DNA of 64,000 nucleotides from an uncultured Prevotellaceae bacterium. Its GTDB lineage: Bacteria; Bacteroidota; Bacteroidia; Bacteroidales; Bacteroidaceae. The notes below the pieces were generated by a model. That model worked only from the letters and a program-made list of their open reading frames with translations, did no database searches and was not told the origin of the DNA. The DNA lies in assembly GCA_937898415.1 (NCBI GenBank), contig CALDLA010000009.1, forward strand, positions 4,272 to 68,271, in the 5' to 3' direction. A program made the position numbers and the translations under genes. Positions within the stretch are counted from its first letter, which is position 1, and each line of letters begins with the position of its first letter. Positions 25,902-35,510 of the stretch are shown here, piece by piece.

Positions 25902-26482
25902 GGACCCCCGAGGGCAGTACTGACGTTGTAGCAGAGGGACATGCCCTTGCAGATGCTGTATTAGGTGAAATTGTTGGTAGCGACGGTTTGGCATACGCTG
26001 TGGCCAACAAAGACAACCTACCTTCGGAAGTAACTGTTGCAGGTGTGGTGGCTTATAAAAATGGTTCTAATGGTTTAGTCATTGCTCTTTCTAACGAAGG
26101 CGACAATAAGAATTGGACTTGGGCTGACGCCACAGGTGAGGGCGGAGCTGCAGCCCACGCACCAACCATTATTGGCCAGACATGGAAACTGCCAAGTCAG
26201 GAAGATTGGGAGAATATGTTCACAGCCAACGGCGGCAACGCAACAAACTGTAGCGGACTGAATACGGTTATCAACGCCGCCGGGGGCACACCCTTGGAGA
26301 AGACCCGCAACTATTGGTCGTCTACGGAAGGAGCTTCGGCGCTTACGCCAGAGGAGAACAATGGTGACGGCGCTATTCGCATTTACATCAATAAAGAAGG
26401 CGTAGGTAATGATGGCGATCTCAACTTCTATCCCCGTGGTAAGAACCGTAGTTATCTTGTCCGTGCCTGCTTCGCTTTTTAA
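25883..26482 (+). pseudogene. DUF1566/Lcl-C-terminal-like domain ORF without its own start; probable frameshifted continuation of 24468..25901
   Basis: The open frame begins at 25883 with protein-like sequence (EGHALADAVLGEIVGSDGLAYAVANKD...) but has no ATG/GTG/TTG before 25988 and no signal peptide. The C-terminal part has WKLPSQEDW, YWSST and VRACFAF. Confidence 0.5.
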
Positions 26483-26527
26483 CAACACTGGGACTGACAC
26501 CCTGAAAGAATTATCAAAAAGCTGAAA

Positions 26528-26570
26528 ATATGGCGGATGGCTCTTCAAAGGCCAGCCGCCATTATATTTC
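26528..26570 (+). terminator. hairpin terminator
   Basis: ATGGCGGaTGGC-loop-GCCAgCCGCCAT followed by TATATTT. Confidence 0.55.
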
Positions 26571-26695
26571 TCCACTCTATGATACACATAAAAGATCGGT
26601 TAGAGCCAATTTCTTGGGGGCACTTTTTACGTAACTTTTTTTAAAAAAACGCGTTATTATCAGAAAACTTTCGTACCTTTGCAGCAGAAAAAGCT

Positions 26696-29600
26696 ATGAA
26701 TATGAAGAGATCTTTACAAACAATCGTTTTCGCCGTCTGTGCCACATTGGGAATGTGGGCACAGGGCACGAAGCCGCTGCCCTCGCTCCACGTGGAAGGC
26801 AAGTGGCTGGTTGACACGCACGGCAACCACGTCGTGCTGCATGGTGTGATGGACACACCGAGTATGTGGTTCAACAACAACCGCTGGACAGGCGGGTACA
26901 ACGAGACGGGAGCCACCAACTGTAAGAAATACTTCACGAAGCTGTTCACGGGACTGGAGCAGGCCAAGTGCAACGTGTTTCGCCTACACCTGGACCCGGC
27001 CTGGACGAGTGGCGACAACAGCTATACCTATCAGACGGCTGTAGTCCAGTCGGACGAGTGGACGAATGAGGCCAACATCAAGCACTTCAACCCGTCGAAA
27101 CTCACGAATTTCCTTTCTACACTCTACGTTCCCCTGATGCTCGACGCCCTGAAGCACGGCATGTACGTGGTGGTGCGCCCTCCCGGCGTATGCCCTGGCC
27201 GTCTGCAGGTGGGCGACTACTATCAGAAGTACCTGATTCAGGTGTGGGACATCGTCAGTAAGAACGACTCGGTGCGCAAGTATGCCGGACAGATCAGTCT
27301 TGAGCTGGCCAACGAGCCCGTGAGCATCAAGAACTCGCAGAACGCTGACGACGCGAAGGCCATGCACGACTACTTCCAGCCCGTCTACGACAAGATTCGC
27401 AGCAACGGCTTCACGGGCATCATCTGGATTCCCGGCACGGGCTGGCAGTCGAGCTATGCCGACTACAAGACCTACCCCATCACGGGCTACAACATCGGCT
27501 ATGCCGTTCACGACTATGACGGCTGGTACGGCTGTGAGGACAAGAAGTGGGAAGCCAAGGACGTGGCTGCAAGGACGAAGGCGAAGATTACCCAGTTCCA
27601 TAATCAGGTGCCCGTGGTGGATACCAATCCTATCATCATCACCGAGATTGACTGGAGCCCGAAGAAGCCCGGCTCGGGCCACTACAACGAGCACAACGAG
27701 TGGGTGGAGTCGAACTACGGCACATGGGCCACGGGCCGCACGTCGGTCTGGGGACAGATAACGAAGAACGTACACGACTACTACGGCAACATCTCGATGA
27801 CGCTGTCGGGCACGCACTGCCTGCTCGACGTGGACACGCTGGTCAAGAAGAACAAGGTGGTGCCGTCGTTCGGCGGACTGGAGGAGGCCTGCGGCAAGGC
27901 CTGCATGGACTGGTATGCCGAATACTACAACCAGAACTACCCGAAGGCCGACTTCCAGAGCGTGCCCGTCAGCGACTTCGGCAAGACGTACCAGAACCCC
28001 ATCGTGCGCGCCGACTTCCCCGACCCCGACGTCATCCGCGTGGGTAATACCTATTATATGGTTTCGACGACGATGCACCACTTCCCCGGCGCCACCATCC
28101 TGAAGTCGCAGGACCTGGTGAACTGGGAATACTGTGCCCACCCACTGCAGCAGTTAGGCAGCGACGCGGGCTACACCCTGCTGAACAACAAGAACGCCTA
28201 CGCATCGGGCATGTGGGCCTGCTCCATGAAATACCACAACGGCAAGTTCCACATCCTGATCAACGAGAAACGCCCCATCGACGGCTGGAGCCTGAACGGA
28301 TACCTGCTGACGGCCACCGACCCCGAGGGCGTGTGGACGATGAAGAAGCTGTCGCGCAGCTACTACGACCCGGGAATGCTCTTCGACAACGGCAAGGTAT
28401 ATGTGGCTCAGGGCATCGGCACCATCTCCGTCTGCGAGCTCGACGAGAACTTCAACTTCAAGAAAGAGGTGGCAGTCATCAAGGATAAGGACGGACTCGA
28501 AGGCAGCCACTTCTACAAGGTGGGCGACTACTACTACATCTACGCCACCTACGGCGGTTGGCCCTCGGGGCAGGCCGTGTTCCGCTCGAAGGACCCCTTC
28601 GGCCCCTACGAGGAGAAGATGGTGGTGGAGAAGTCCTACGACAACGTGCCCAACACCATTCACCAGGGTGCCCTGGTCGAGGACGTGAACGGCAAGTGGT
28701 GGACCGTCATGCAGGAGGACCTCGGCGCCATGGGCCGTATGCCCAACCTGCAGCCCGTGAAGTGGACCACCGACGGATGGCTCACCGTGGGTCTGAACGG
28801 CAAGCCCTACAAGAGCTTCGACAGCAAGGTGACCAAGCCTGCTGCCACGGGCGACGTCAGGGTGAAGCGGCTGCCGACGACCGACATCTTCCGCACCTAC
28901 CCCATCGGTATGCAGTGGGAGTGGAACCACAAGCCCGACAACACGGCGTGGAGCCTCTTCGAGCGTCCGGGCTGGCTGCGGCTGAAGACGGCCAACGTCA
29001 CCACGAAGCTGCCGCAGGCCCGCAACATGCTGACACAGCGCATCTTTGCCATCAAAGGCAAGGAGACCACCGGCACCGTCCGCATCGACACCCGTGGACT
29101 GACCGAGGGCGACCGCGCCGGCATCTGCATCCTGCAGGACCCCTACGCCATGATCTGTGTCGAAATGGTCGACGGCAAGCTGCAGCTGCGCTGGGAGCAG
29201 GACAAGGTACGCGACGACAATTCCAAGTCAGCCGAGAAGACGCTGGCCATTGAGCTGCCCGACAGCATCATCTACTTGCGCGGCGGCATCAAGTACGAGG
29301 AGAACAAGGCGAAGTTCTACTATTCAACCGACAATAAGACCTGGAAGCGACTGGGCAGCGAGACCTCGCAGAGCTTCAACCTCAGCGTCTTCGTCGGTTC
29401 ACGCTTTGGCCTGTTCTGCTACGCCACGAAGGCCAAGGGCGGCTATGCCGACTTCGACTGGTTCAGCACCGAGGCCAACTTCAACGAGGAAGACATCTAT
29501 CCCGCTGAGTTCCAGGCTCCTGTAGAGGACATGTACAAGGCCGAGGCCCTGAACGTAGCCGCCACGCTGACCCTGTCCTCGAGTGCTATTGCCGAGGTGA

Positions 29601-30412
29601 TGATTGGCGAGAAGTACATACCCGTCGTTACCGCCACCTATGCCGACAAGCACACGGCATTCGTCAACAACAATACGGAGTTCGCTGTTACTGACAAGGA
29701 CATCGTAGAGTTCTACAACGGCGAGATGTTAGGTGTGGGCCAGGGAAGCACGGAGGTTGTCGCTACCCATCACGACGTGTTGGGCAACGCGGTCGAGAAG
29801 AAGTTCACGGCTAAGTCGGGCTACTTCCCCTTCAGCAACCAGTACGTTCGTGGCGACATTGCCGGAACGGGCACCTACAGGCTGAACCAGACGAACATCA
29901 ACTTCAAGTTCACCTCTGCCGACAGCCAGATGGGCTGGGTCTATGAAGCCGCCAAGGACTTGTCAGAATATAAGTACCTGGTCATCAGGACATCATCCAA
30001 GCAGGCTGCCAATGCCAAGGTCAACTTCTACACAACCGAAAGGACGGCAGGCGTTTGCTGTTCGCTGCCCCTGAGCACGACCGAAATGGAGACCGTCTTC
30101 GACCTGACACAGGCTGTCTATACGTCGAAGACCAGCAACGGCAAGCCGCTCAACCTGAAGAGTATCCGTATGGTGACCTTCTCTGGCGACCTCAACAAGA
30201 CGCTCAACGTCAAGGAGATGTTCCTGAGCAGCGACCCGCAGTACGACCCGACGGGCATCGCCGAAGCCAAGGTACGCCCGGCTGAAGGCACGGTCAACGT
30301 ATACACCGTCTCGGGTCAGCTTGTCCGCAGCAATGTCAACCGCGGTCAGGCCACCCAGGGACTTACCCCCGGCCTCTACATCGTCAACGGTGCCAAAGTC
30401 ATCGTCCGCTAA
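26696..30412 (+). CDS. multidomain glycoside hydrolase: GH5-like + GH43-like + lectin-like modules + T9SS C-terminal sorting domain
   Basis: Signal peptide, GH5-type LELANEP, GH43-type NPIVRADFPDPDVIRVGNTYYMVSTT, and a C-terminal ...VNVYTVSGQLVRS...LTPGLYIVNGAKVIVR typical of type A CTDs. Confidence 0.82.
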   Translation: MNMKRSLQTIVFAVCATLGMWAQGTKPLPSLHVEGKWLVDTHGNHVVLHGVMDTPSMWFNNNRWTGGYNETGATNCKKYFTKLFTGLEQAKCNVFRLHLDPAWTSGDNSYTYQTAVVQSDEWTNEANIKHFNPSKLTNFLSTLYVPLMLDALKHGMYVVVRPPGVCPGRLQVGDYYQKYLIQVWDIVSKNDSVRKYAGQISLELANEPVSIKNSQNADDAKAMHDYFQPVYDKIRSNGFTGIIWIPGTGWQSSYADYKTYPITGYNIGYAVHDYDGWYGCEDKKWEAKDVAARTKAKITQFHNQVPVVDTNPIIITEIDWSPKKPGSGHYNEHNEWVESNYGTWATGRTSVWGQITKNVHDYYGNISMTLSGTHCLLDVDTLVKKNKVVPSFGGLEEACGKACMDWYAEYYNQNYPKADFQSVPVSDFGKTYQNPIVRADFPDPDVIRVGNTYYMVSTTMHHFPGATILKSQDLVNWEYCAHPLQQLGSDAGYTLLNNKNAYASGMWACSMKYHNGKFHILINEKRPIDGWSLNGYLLTATDPEGVWTMKKLSRSYYDPGMLFDNGKVYVAQGIGTISVCELDENFNFKKEVAVIKDKDGLEGSHFYKVGDYYYIYATYGGWPSGQAVFRSKDPFGPYEEKMVVEKSYDNVPNTIHQGALVEDVNGKWWTVMQEDLGAMGRMPNLQPVKWTTDGWLTVGLNGKPYKSFDSKVTKPAATGDVRVKRLPTTDIFRTYPIGMQWEWNHKPDNTAWSLFERPGWLRLKTANVTTKLPQARNMLTQRIFAIKGKETTGTVRIDTRGLTEGDRAGICILQDPYAMICVEMVDGKLQLRWEQDKVRDDNSKSAEKTLAIELPDSIIYLRGGIKYEENKAKFYYSTDNKTWKRLGSETSQSFNLSVFVGSRFGLFCYATKAKGGYADFDWFSTEANFNEEDIYPAEFQAPVEDMYKAEALNVAATLTLSSSAIAEVMIGEKYIPVVTATYADKHTAFVNNNTEFAVTDKDIVEFYNGEMLGVGQGSTEVVATHHDVLGNAVEKKFTAKSGYFPFSNQYVRGDIAGTGTYRLNQTNINFKFTSADSQMGWVYEAAKDLSEYKYLVIRTSSKQAANAKVNFYTTERTAGVCCSLPLSTTEMETVFDLTQAVYTSKTSNGKPLNLKSIRMVTFSGDLNKTLNVKEMFLSSDPQYDPTGIAEAKVRPAEGTVNVYTVSGQLVRSNVNRGQATQGLTPGLYIVNGAKVIVR

Positions 30413-30425
30413 AGATTCCGTCACA

Positions 30426-30460
30426 AGGGGGTGTGCCAGCAAGGACACACCCCTTTTTTA
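30426..30460 (+). terminator. rho-independent terminator
   Basis: GGGGTGTGCC-loop-GGaCACACCCC followed by TTTTTT. Confidence 0.8.
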
Positions 30461-30507
30461 TTTACATACGATAGCAATAAAAAACGTTTTCCGGCGTTAT
30501 ATAGGAT

Positions 30508-31443
30508 GTGCTTAGACGTTATGCCCTCATAGCCGCTGTACTCTCAGCCGTGCTGACAGCACGGGCACAGTACGACCCCGCGTTCAGTCATTACTGGGCG
30601 CTGGAGCCTTCGTATAACCCGGCGGCAGTGGGCAAGGACCCGAAAATGAACGTGGCGGCGGCCTACAATATGACGCTGGTGGGATTCGAGCACAGCCCGA
30701 AGACCATGTACATCGGCACCGACATGCCCGTCAGCCTGTTAGGCAGCATGCACGGTGTGGGCGTGCAGATCATGAACGACGAGATAGGACTCTTCTCGCA
30801 TAAGCGAGTGAGCGGACAGTACGCCTTCCGCTTCCGGCTGCTCGGGGGCAAGCTCAGCATCGGCGTACAGGCCGGACTGCTGAGCGAGACGTTCGATGGC
30901 TCCGGTGTCGATACGGAACAGGACGGCGACGAGGCCTTTTCCAAGGCCGACGTCACCGGAAACGGCTTCGACCTGGGCGGCGGACTCTACTACCAGCACC
31001 GCAATTGGTACGTGGGAGCATCGGTGCAGCACGCCCTGGCGCCTACCATCGACCTGGGTGAAACCAACGAGCTGGAGATAGCCCGTAGTTATTATTTTAC
31101 GGCTGGATACAATATTCAGCTCAGAAATCCGTTTCTTATGATACAGACCTCGGTGTTCGGGCGTTCCGACGGCGTTGCCTACAGGGGTGACGTGACGGGG
31201 CGCCTGAAGTACACCCACGAGAATAAGGTGATGTATGCCGGCCTGTCCTACAGTCCCACCAACTCGGTGACGTTGTTGATAGGCGGCTGTTTCCGCGGCA
31301 TCCTGGTCGGCTACAGCTACGAGGCTTACACCACCGCCATCAACATCGGCAACGGCAGCCACGAGATGTTTGTGGGGTACCAGACGGACATCGACTTCGG
31401 GAAAAAAGGCCGGAACAGACATCAAAGTGTAAGACTATTATAA
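30508..31443 (+). CDS. porP: T9SS membrane protein, PorP/SprF family (GTG start)
   Basis: AQYDPAFSHYWALEPSYNPAAVG... is the PorP/SprF N-terminal signature. It sits directly upstream of porK. Confidence 0.82.
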   Translation: MLRRYALIAAVLSAVLTARAQYDPAFSHYWALEPSYNPAAVGKDPKMNVAAAYNMTLVGFEHSPKTMYIGTDMPVSLLGSMHGVGVQIMNDEIGLFSHKRVSGQYAFRFRLLGGKLSIGVQAGLLSETFDGSGVDTEQDGDEAFSKADVTGNGFDLGGGLYYQHRNWYVGASVQHALAPTIDLGETNELEIARSYYFTAGYNIQLRNPFLMIQTSVFGRSDGVAYRGDVTGRLKYTHENKVMYAGLSYSPTNSVTLLIGGCFRGILVGYSYEAYTTAINIGNGSHEMFVGYQTDIDFGKKGRNRHQSVRLL

Positions 31444-31450
31444 AAATGAT

Positions 31451-32896
31451 ATGAAAAGACTGACAATAGGATTTTGCGCCATGGCGGTGCTGATGATGAG
31501 CAGCTGCTTCGGCAGCAAGGTGTCATCAGGCGCCGGTGGCGAACTGACAGGATCGGGAGGCCGGGCTTTCTCTGAGCCGGCTCCCTTCGGCATGATACTC
31601 GTCAAGCGCGGTCATTTGCGCATGGGTATTGACCAGCAGGACTCCCTCTGGGGCAAACAGACACCGGTGCGCGACATCTCGGTGGACGGATTCTGGATGG
31701 ACGATACGGAGATTACCAACTCTGAGTACCGCCAGTTTGTGAACTACGTGCGCGACTCCATCCTTCGTGAGCGCCTGGCCGACCCTAACTACGGCGGCGA
31801 CGAGTCGTACAAGATTGAAGAAGACAAGAACGGCGACCCCGTGAAGCCTCATCTGAATTGGAAGAAGTCGCTGCCGCGTAAGCCCAACGAGGACGAGCTG
31901 CGCGCTTTCGAGAGCCTCTACGTCACCAACCCCGTGACTGGCGAGAAGATGCTGGACGCCTCGCAGATGAACTACCGCTACGAAATCTACGACTACACGA
32001 CAGCCGCCCTGCGCCGCAACCGTCTGAACCCGGAGGAGCGTAACCTGAACACCGACGTGACCATCGACCCGAACGAAAAGGTGTGGATCTCGAAGGACAC
32101 CGCCTACATCAACGACGAGGGCAAGATTGTGCGCGAGACCATCAACCGCGAACTCAGCGGCCCGTGGGACTTCCTGAACACGTACATTATTAATATATAC
32201 CCCGACACGACGTGCTGGGTGAACGACTTCCCCAATGCCGACAATGAGGTGTATATGCGCAACTACTTCTCGAACTCCGCCTACAACGACTACCCCGTGG
32301 TGGGTGTCACCTGGGAGCAGGCCAACGCCTTCTGTGCCTGGCGCACGGAGTACCTGCTGAAGGGCCTCGGCCCGGCTGCCCGCTACGTACAGCGCTACCG
32401 TCTGCCGACAGAGGCTGAGTGGGAGTATGCCGCCCGTGGCAAGGACGGCAATGAGTTCCCCTGGGAGAACGAGGACGTGGCCTCAGGCAAGGGCTGCTTC
32501 TACGCCAACTTCAAGCCCGACAACGGTAACTACACCAAGGACGGTAACCTGATTACCTCGAAGGTGGGCATCTACAGCGCCAACACCAATGGCCTGTACG
32601 ACATGGCCGGAAATGTGGCCGAGTGGACATCGACCATCTACACCGAGGCCGGTGTTGATGCCATGAACGATGTGAACCCGCAACTGCGCTACAATGCGGC
32701 CAAGGAAGACCCCTACCGGCTGAAGAAGAAGTCGGTGCGCGGCGGCTCATGGAAAGACCCTGAGAGCTACATCCGCTCGGCCTGGCGCAGCAGCGAGTTC
32801 CAGAACCAGCCCCGCTCCTACATCGGCTTCCGCTGCGTACGCTCATTAGCCAATACTGTAAGCGAAAAAGCAAAAACCTCAAAGAAAAGAAAATAA
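31451..32896 (+). CDS. porK: T9SS lipoprotein PorK/GldK (SUMF1/FGE-like domain)
   Basis: Lipobox MMSSC. GFWMDDTEITNSEYRQF, YRLPTEAEWEYAARG and RGGSW are typical of GldK. Confidence 0.92.
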   Translation: MKRLTIGFCAMAVLMMSSCFGSKVSSGAGGELTGSGGRAFSEPAPFGMILVKRGHLRMGIDQQDSLWGKQTPVRDISVDGFWMDDTEITNSEYRQFVNYVRDSILRERLADPNYGGDESYKIEEDKNGDPVKPHLNWKKSLPRKPNEDELRAFESLYVTNPVTGEKMLDASQMNYRYEIYDYTTAALRRNRLNPEERNLNTDVTIDPNEKVWISKDTAYINDEGKIVRETINRELSGPWDFLNTYIINIYPDTTCWVNDFPNADNEVYMRNYFSNSAYNDYPVVGVTWEQANAFCAWRTEYLLKGLGPAARYVQRYRLPTEAEWEYAARGKDGNEFPWENEDVASGKGCFYANFKPDNGNYTKDGNLITSKVGIYSANTNGLYDMAGNVAEWTSTIYTEAGVDAMNDVNPQLRYNAAKEDPYRLKKKSVRGGSWKDPESYIRSAWRSSEFQNQPRSYIGFRCVRSLANTVSEKAKTSKKRK

Positions 32897-32899
32897 GCC

Positions 32900-33835
32900 A
32901 TGACCAGATACAGTAAATTCAATATCATCTACCGGCTGCAGAAGTGGCTGGATAGTGTCCCCGGACAGACGTTCATGAACTACGCCTACAGCTGGGGTGC
33001 CTCCATTGTGATTCTCGGTACGCTCTTCAAGCTGACCCACCTGCCAGGTGCCAACTTCATGCTGTTCCTCGGCATGGGTACTGAGGTTGTCGTGTTCTTC
33101 ATCGCGGCCTTCGACCGTCCGTTCGACAAGACGGCCGACGGCATGGAACTGCCGACGCATGTCAATGAAATCGGAGCGGTGGCTGCTGCAACGGCTGTTC
33201 CGCAGCAAGGCGAACAAGCCGAAACGGACGGCGAAGGTGCCGTCTATAGCGGCAGTGGCGAGGGCATCGTCTATGGCGGTGGCGGCGGCACGGTGATTGG
33301 TGGCGGCGGCGTCATTGGCGGCGGTACGGTGATTATTGGCGGCGGTGGAGCTGCGACAGCACCTCAGAGCAGCGGACAAGCTGCTGATGCCGGACAGATA
33401 GCAGCCTTGGCCGAAGGTGCCGGACAGGCAGCCGTTGACAGCGAGGCTATCGCAGCCGTTGCCTCGTCGGTAACGACCGTTGCTGGCGGCAGCGTGGCAG
33501 CACCTGTACCCGTCAATCCCGAACTGGAAGAGGCAACCGCCAACTATGTGGACGAGCTGAAGCGCCTGACAGAGATGCTGTCGAAGGTGGCTGAGCAGAG
33601 TGAACGCCTGACACGCGACTCGGAGGAGATGGAGAACCTGAACCGCACGCTGACGGGCATCTGCAAAATCTACGAGATGCAGCTCAAGGGCGCCAGCCAG
33701 CAGATTGGCACCATTGACGAGATTAACGAGCAGACGCGCAAGATGGCTGACCAGATAGCCGAACTGAACCAAATCTACACCCGCATGATTGAGGCTATGA
33801 CGGTGAACATGCCCAAGGCCCCAATAACCCAGTAA
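32900..33835 (+). CDS. porL: T9SS motor component PorL/GldL
   Basis: N-terminal two-TM region WGASIVILGTLFKLTHLPGANFMLFLGMGTEVVVFFIAAFDRP, followed by a long Gly/Ala-rich linker. Confidence 0.9.
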   Translation: MTRYSKFNIIYRLQKWLDSVPGQTFMNYAYSWGASIVILGTLFKLTHLPGANFMLFLGMGTEVVVFFIAAFDRPFDKTADGMELPTHVNEIGAVAAATAVPQQGEQAETDGEGAVYSGSGEGIVYGGGGGTVIGGGGVIGGGTVIIGGGGAATAPQSSGQAADAGQIAALAEGAGQAAVDSEAIAAVASSVTTVAGGSVAAPVPVNPELEEATANYVDELKRLTEMLSKVAEQSERLTRDSEEMENLNRTLTGICKIYEMQLKGASQQIGTIDEINEQTRKMADQIAELNQIYTRMIEAMTVNMPKAPITQ

Positions 33836-33881
33836 TCCCAGTAGCCCCAGAGGTCCCATTAGCCCCATAAAACAATAACCC

Positions 33882-35450
33882 ATGGCAATAAAGAAAAGAC
33901 CGGTATCTCCGCGCCAGAAGATGATCAACCTGATGTACGTCGTCTTGATGGCCATGCTTGCCCTGAACGTCTCGAATGAGGTGCTCAATGGCTTCGCCAT
34001 CGTCGGCGAGAGCATCGGACGGACTACCGAGAACGCTATCAAGGACAACCAAGCCATCTACGAAGCCTTCGAACAGCAGATGAAAGCCAACCCCCAGAAA
34101 GTGAAGGAGTGGTACGACAAGGCTCAGCAGGTGCGCCAGATGAGCGACTCGCTCTATAACTTTGCCGCCGAACTGAAACTGGCCATCGCCCGCGAGGCCG
34201 ACGGTGAAGAGGGAGACCCCGAGAACCTGGAAAACCAGGAAGACCTGGAGGCCTCAAACCAAGTGATGTTAGCCCCAGGACGAGGACGTGGCGATGCGCT
34301 GAAGCAGGCTATCGACTCGTACCGTGAACGCATTCTGAAGATGATTCCCGACACGGCCAAGCAGCGCAACATTGCCAACGACCTCACCACCGAGGTGTCG
34401 GCCAAGAAGCGCACACTCGGCAAGAACTGGCAGGAGACGCAGTTTGAGTCCATGCCGGCCATCGCTGCCGTCACCATTCTCTCGAAACTGCAGGGCGACG
34501 TGCGCAATGCTGAAAAGGAGGTGCTGCACACGCTGGTACAGAACATCGACGTGAAGGATATCCGCGTCAACCTACTGGAGGCATTCGTCATCCCCAACTC
34601 TCAGACGGTCGTCCGTGGCGACAAATTCTCGGCCAAGATTGTGATGGCTGCCGTCGATACGACCCAGGTGCCCGACATCTACATCGGCGGAAAGAAAATG
34701 ACCCTGCGCGACAATACCTATGAACTGGTCTGCGGACGCACGGGTGACTTCACCCTGGCCGGATACATTGAGACTGTCAACGGCAACGGCGACAAGATTC
34801 GCCGCGACTTCTCGCAGAAGTACACCGTCGTCGACCCCTCGGCCACCGTCTCGGCTGACCTGATGAACATGCTCTATGCCGGTTACTCGAACCCCATCAG
34901 CGTATCGGTGCCGGGCGTACCTCTTAATAAGATTCAGGCCTCGATGAGCGGCGGAGGAACCCTGCAGCCCACAGGCCCCGGCAAGTATATTGCCCGTCCG
35001 TCGAAGGTAGGCGAGAACGTGACCATCACTGTCACCTCGACCAACACCGGACGGCCGCAGCAGATGGGACAGTTCACCTTCCGCGTGCGCAAGTTACCCG
35101 ACCCCACCCCGTTCATCCCTATCCGCGACGAGCAGGGCAACCCCTCACGCTTCAAGGGAGGCGGTATGGCGAAGGGTAGTCTGATGGGCATGGAGGGCAT
35201 TGGTGCCGCCATCGACGACGGTATTCTCGACATCGCCTTCAGGGTGGTATCGTTCGAGACGGTATTCTTCGACAACATGGGTAACGCCGTGCCCATGGCC
35301 AGCAACGGCGCACAGTTCAGCGACCGCCAGAAGGACACGTTCCGCAAACTGGCCCGCAACCGCCGCTTCTATATCTCGCGCGTCGTTGCTGTCGGCCCCG
35401 ACGGCATCCAGCGCACCTTGCAGAACCCGATGGAAATCATTGTGAAGTAA
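33882..35450 (+). CDS. porM: T9SS component PorM/GldM
   Basis: SPRQKMINLMYVVLMAMLALNVSNEVL N-terminal signature, in gene order K-L-M-N. Confidence 0.92.
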   Translation: MAIKKRPVSPRQKMINLMYVVLMAMLALNVSNEVLNGFAIVGESIGRTTENAIKDNQAIYEAFEQQMKANPQKVKEWYDKAQQVRQMSDSLYNFAAELKLAIAREADGEEGDPENLENQEDLEASNQVMLAPGRGRGDALKQAIDSYRERILKMIPDTAKQRNIANDLTTEVSAKKRTLGKNWQETQFESMPAIAAVTILSKLQGDVRNAEKEVLHTLVQNIDVKDIRVNLLEAFVIPNSQTVVRGDKFSAKIVMAAVDTTQVPDIYIGGKKMTLRDNTYELVCGRTGDFTLAGYIETVNGNGDKIRRDFSQKYTVVDPSATVSADLMNMLYAGYSNPISVSVPGVPLNKIQASMSGGGTLQPTGPGKYIARPSKVGENVTITVTSTNTGRPQQMGQFTFRVRKLPDPTPFIPIRDEQGNPSRFKGGGMAKGSLMGMEGIGAAIDDGILDIAFRVVSFETVFFDNMGNAVPMASNGAQFSDRQKDTFRKLARNRRFYISRVVAVGPDGIQRTLQNPMEIIVK

Positions 35451-35466
35451 GCGGCGCTACGCGCCT

Positions 35467-35494
35467 AGTGAGAAGTGAAGAGTGAAAAGTGAAA
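35467..35494. repeat. heptamer array AGTGARN x4 upstream of porN
   Basis: AGTGAGA AGTGAAG AGTGAAA AGTGAAA, located 17 nt before the porN ATG. Confidence 0.8.
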
Positions 35495-35510
35495 TAATAA
35501 GACTGATATA

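Noticed and set aside
26984-28141. Long antisense ORFs opposite GH5-GH43, porL (32879-34057), priA (37429-38343), the C10 mosaic (55609-56619) and GH30 (58038-58919)
   Set aside because: All mirror strongly supported genes on the other strand. They have Arg/Gly/Val/His-rich compositions without motifs, so I treat them as codon-bias artefacts.
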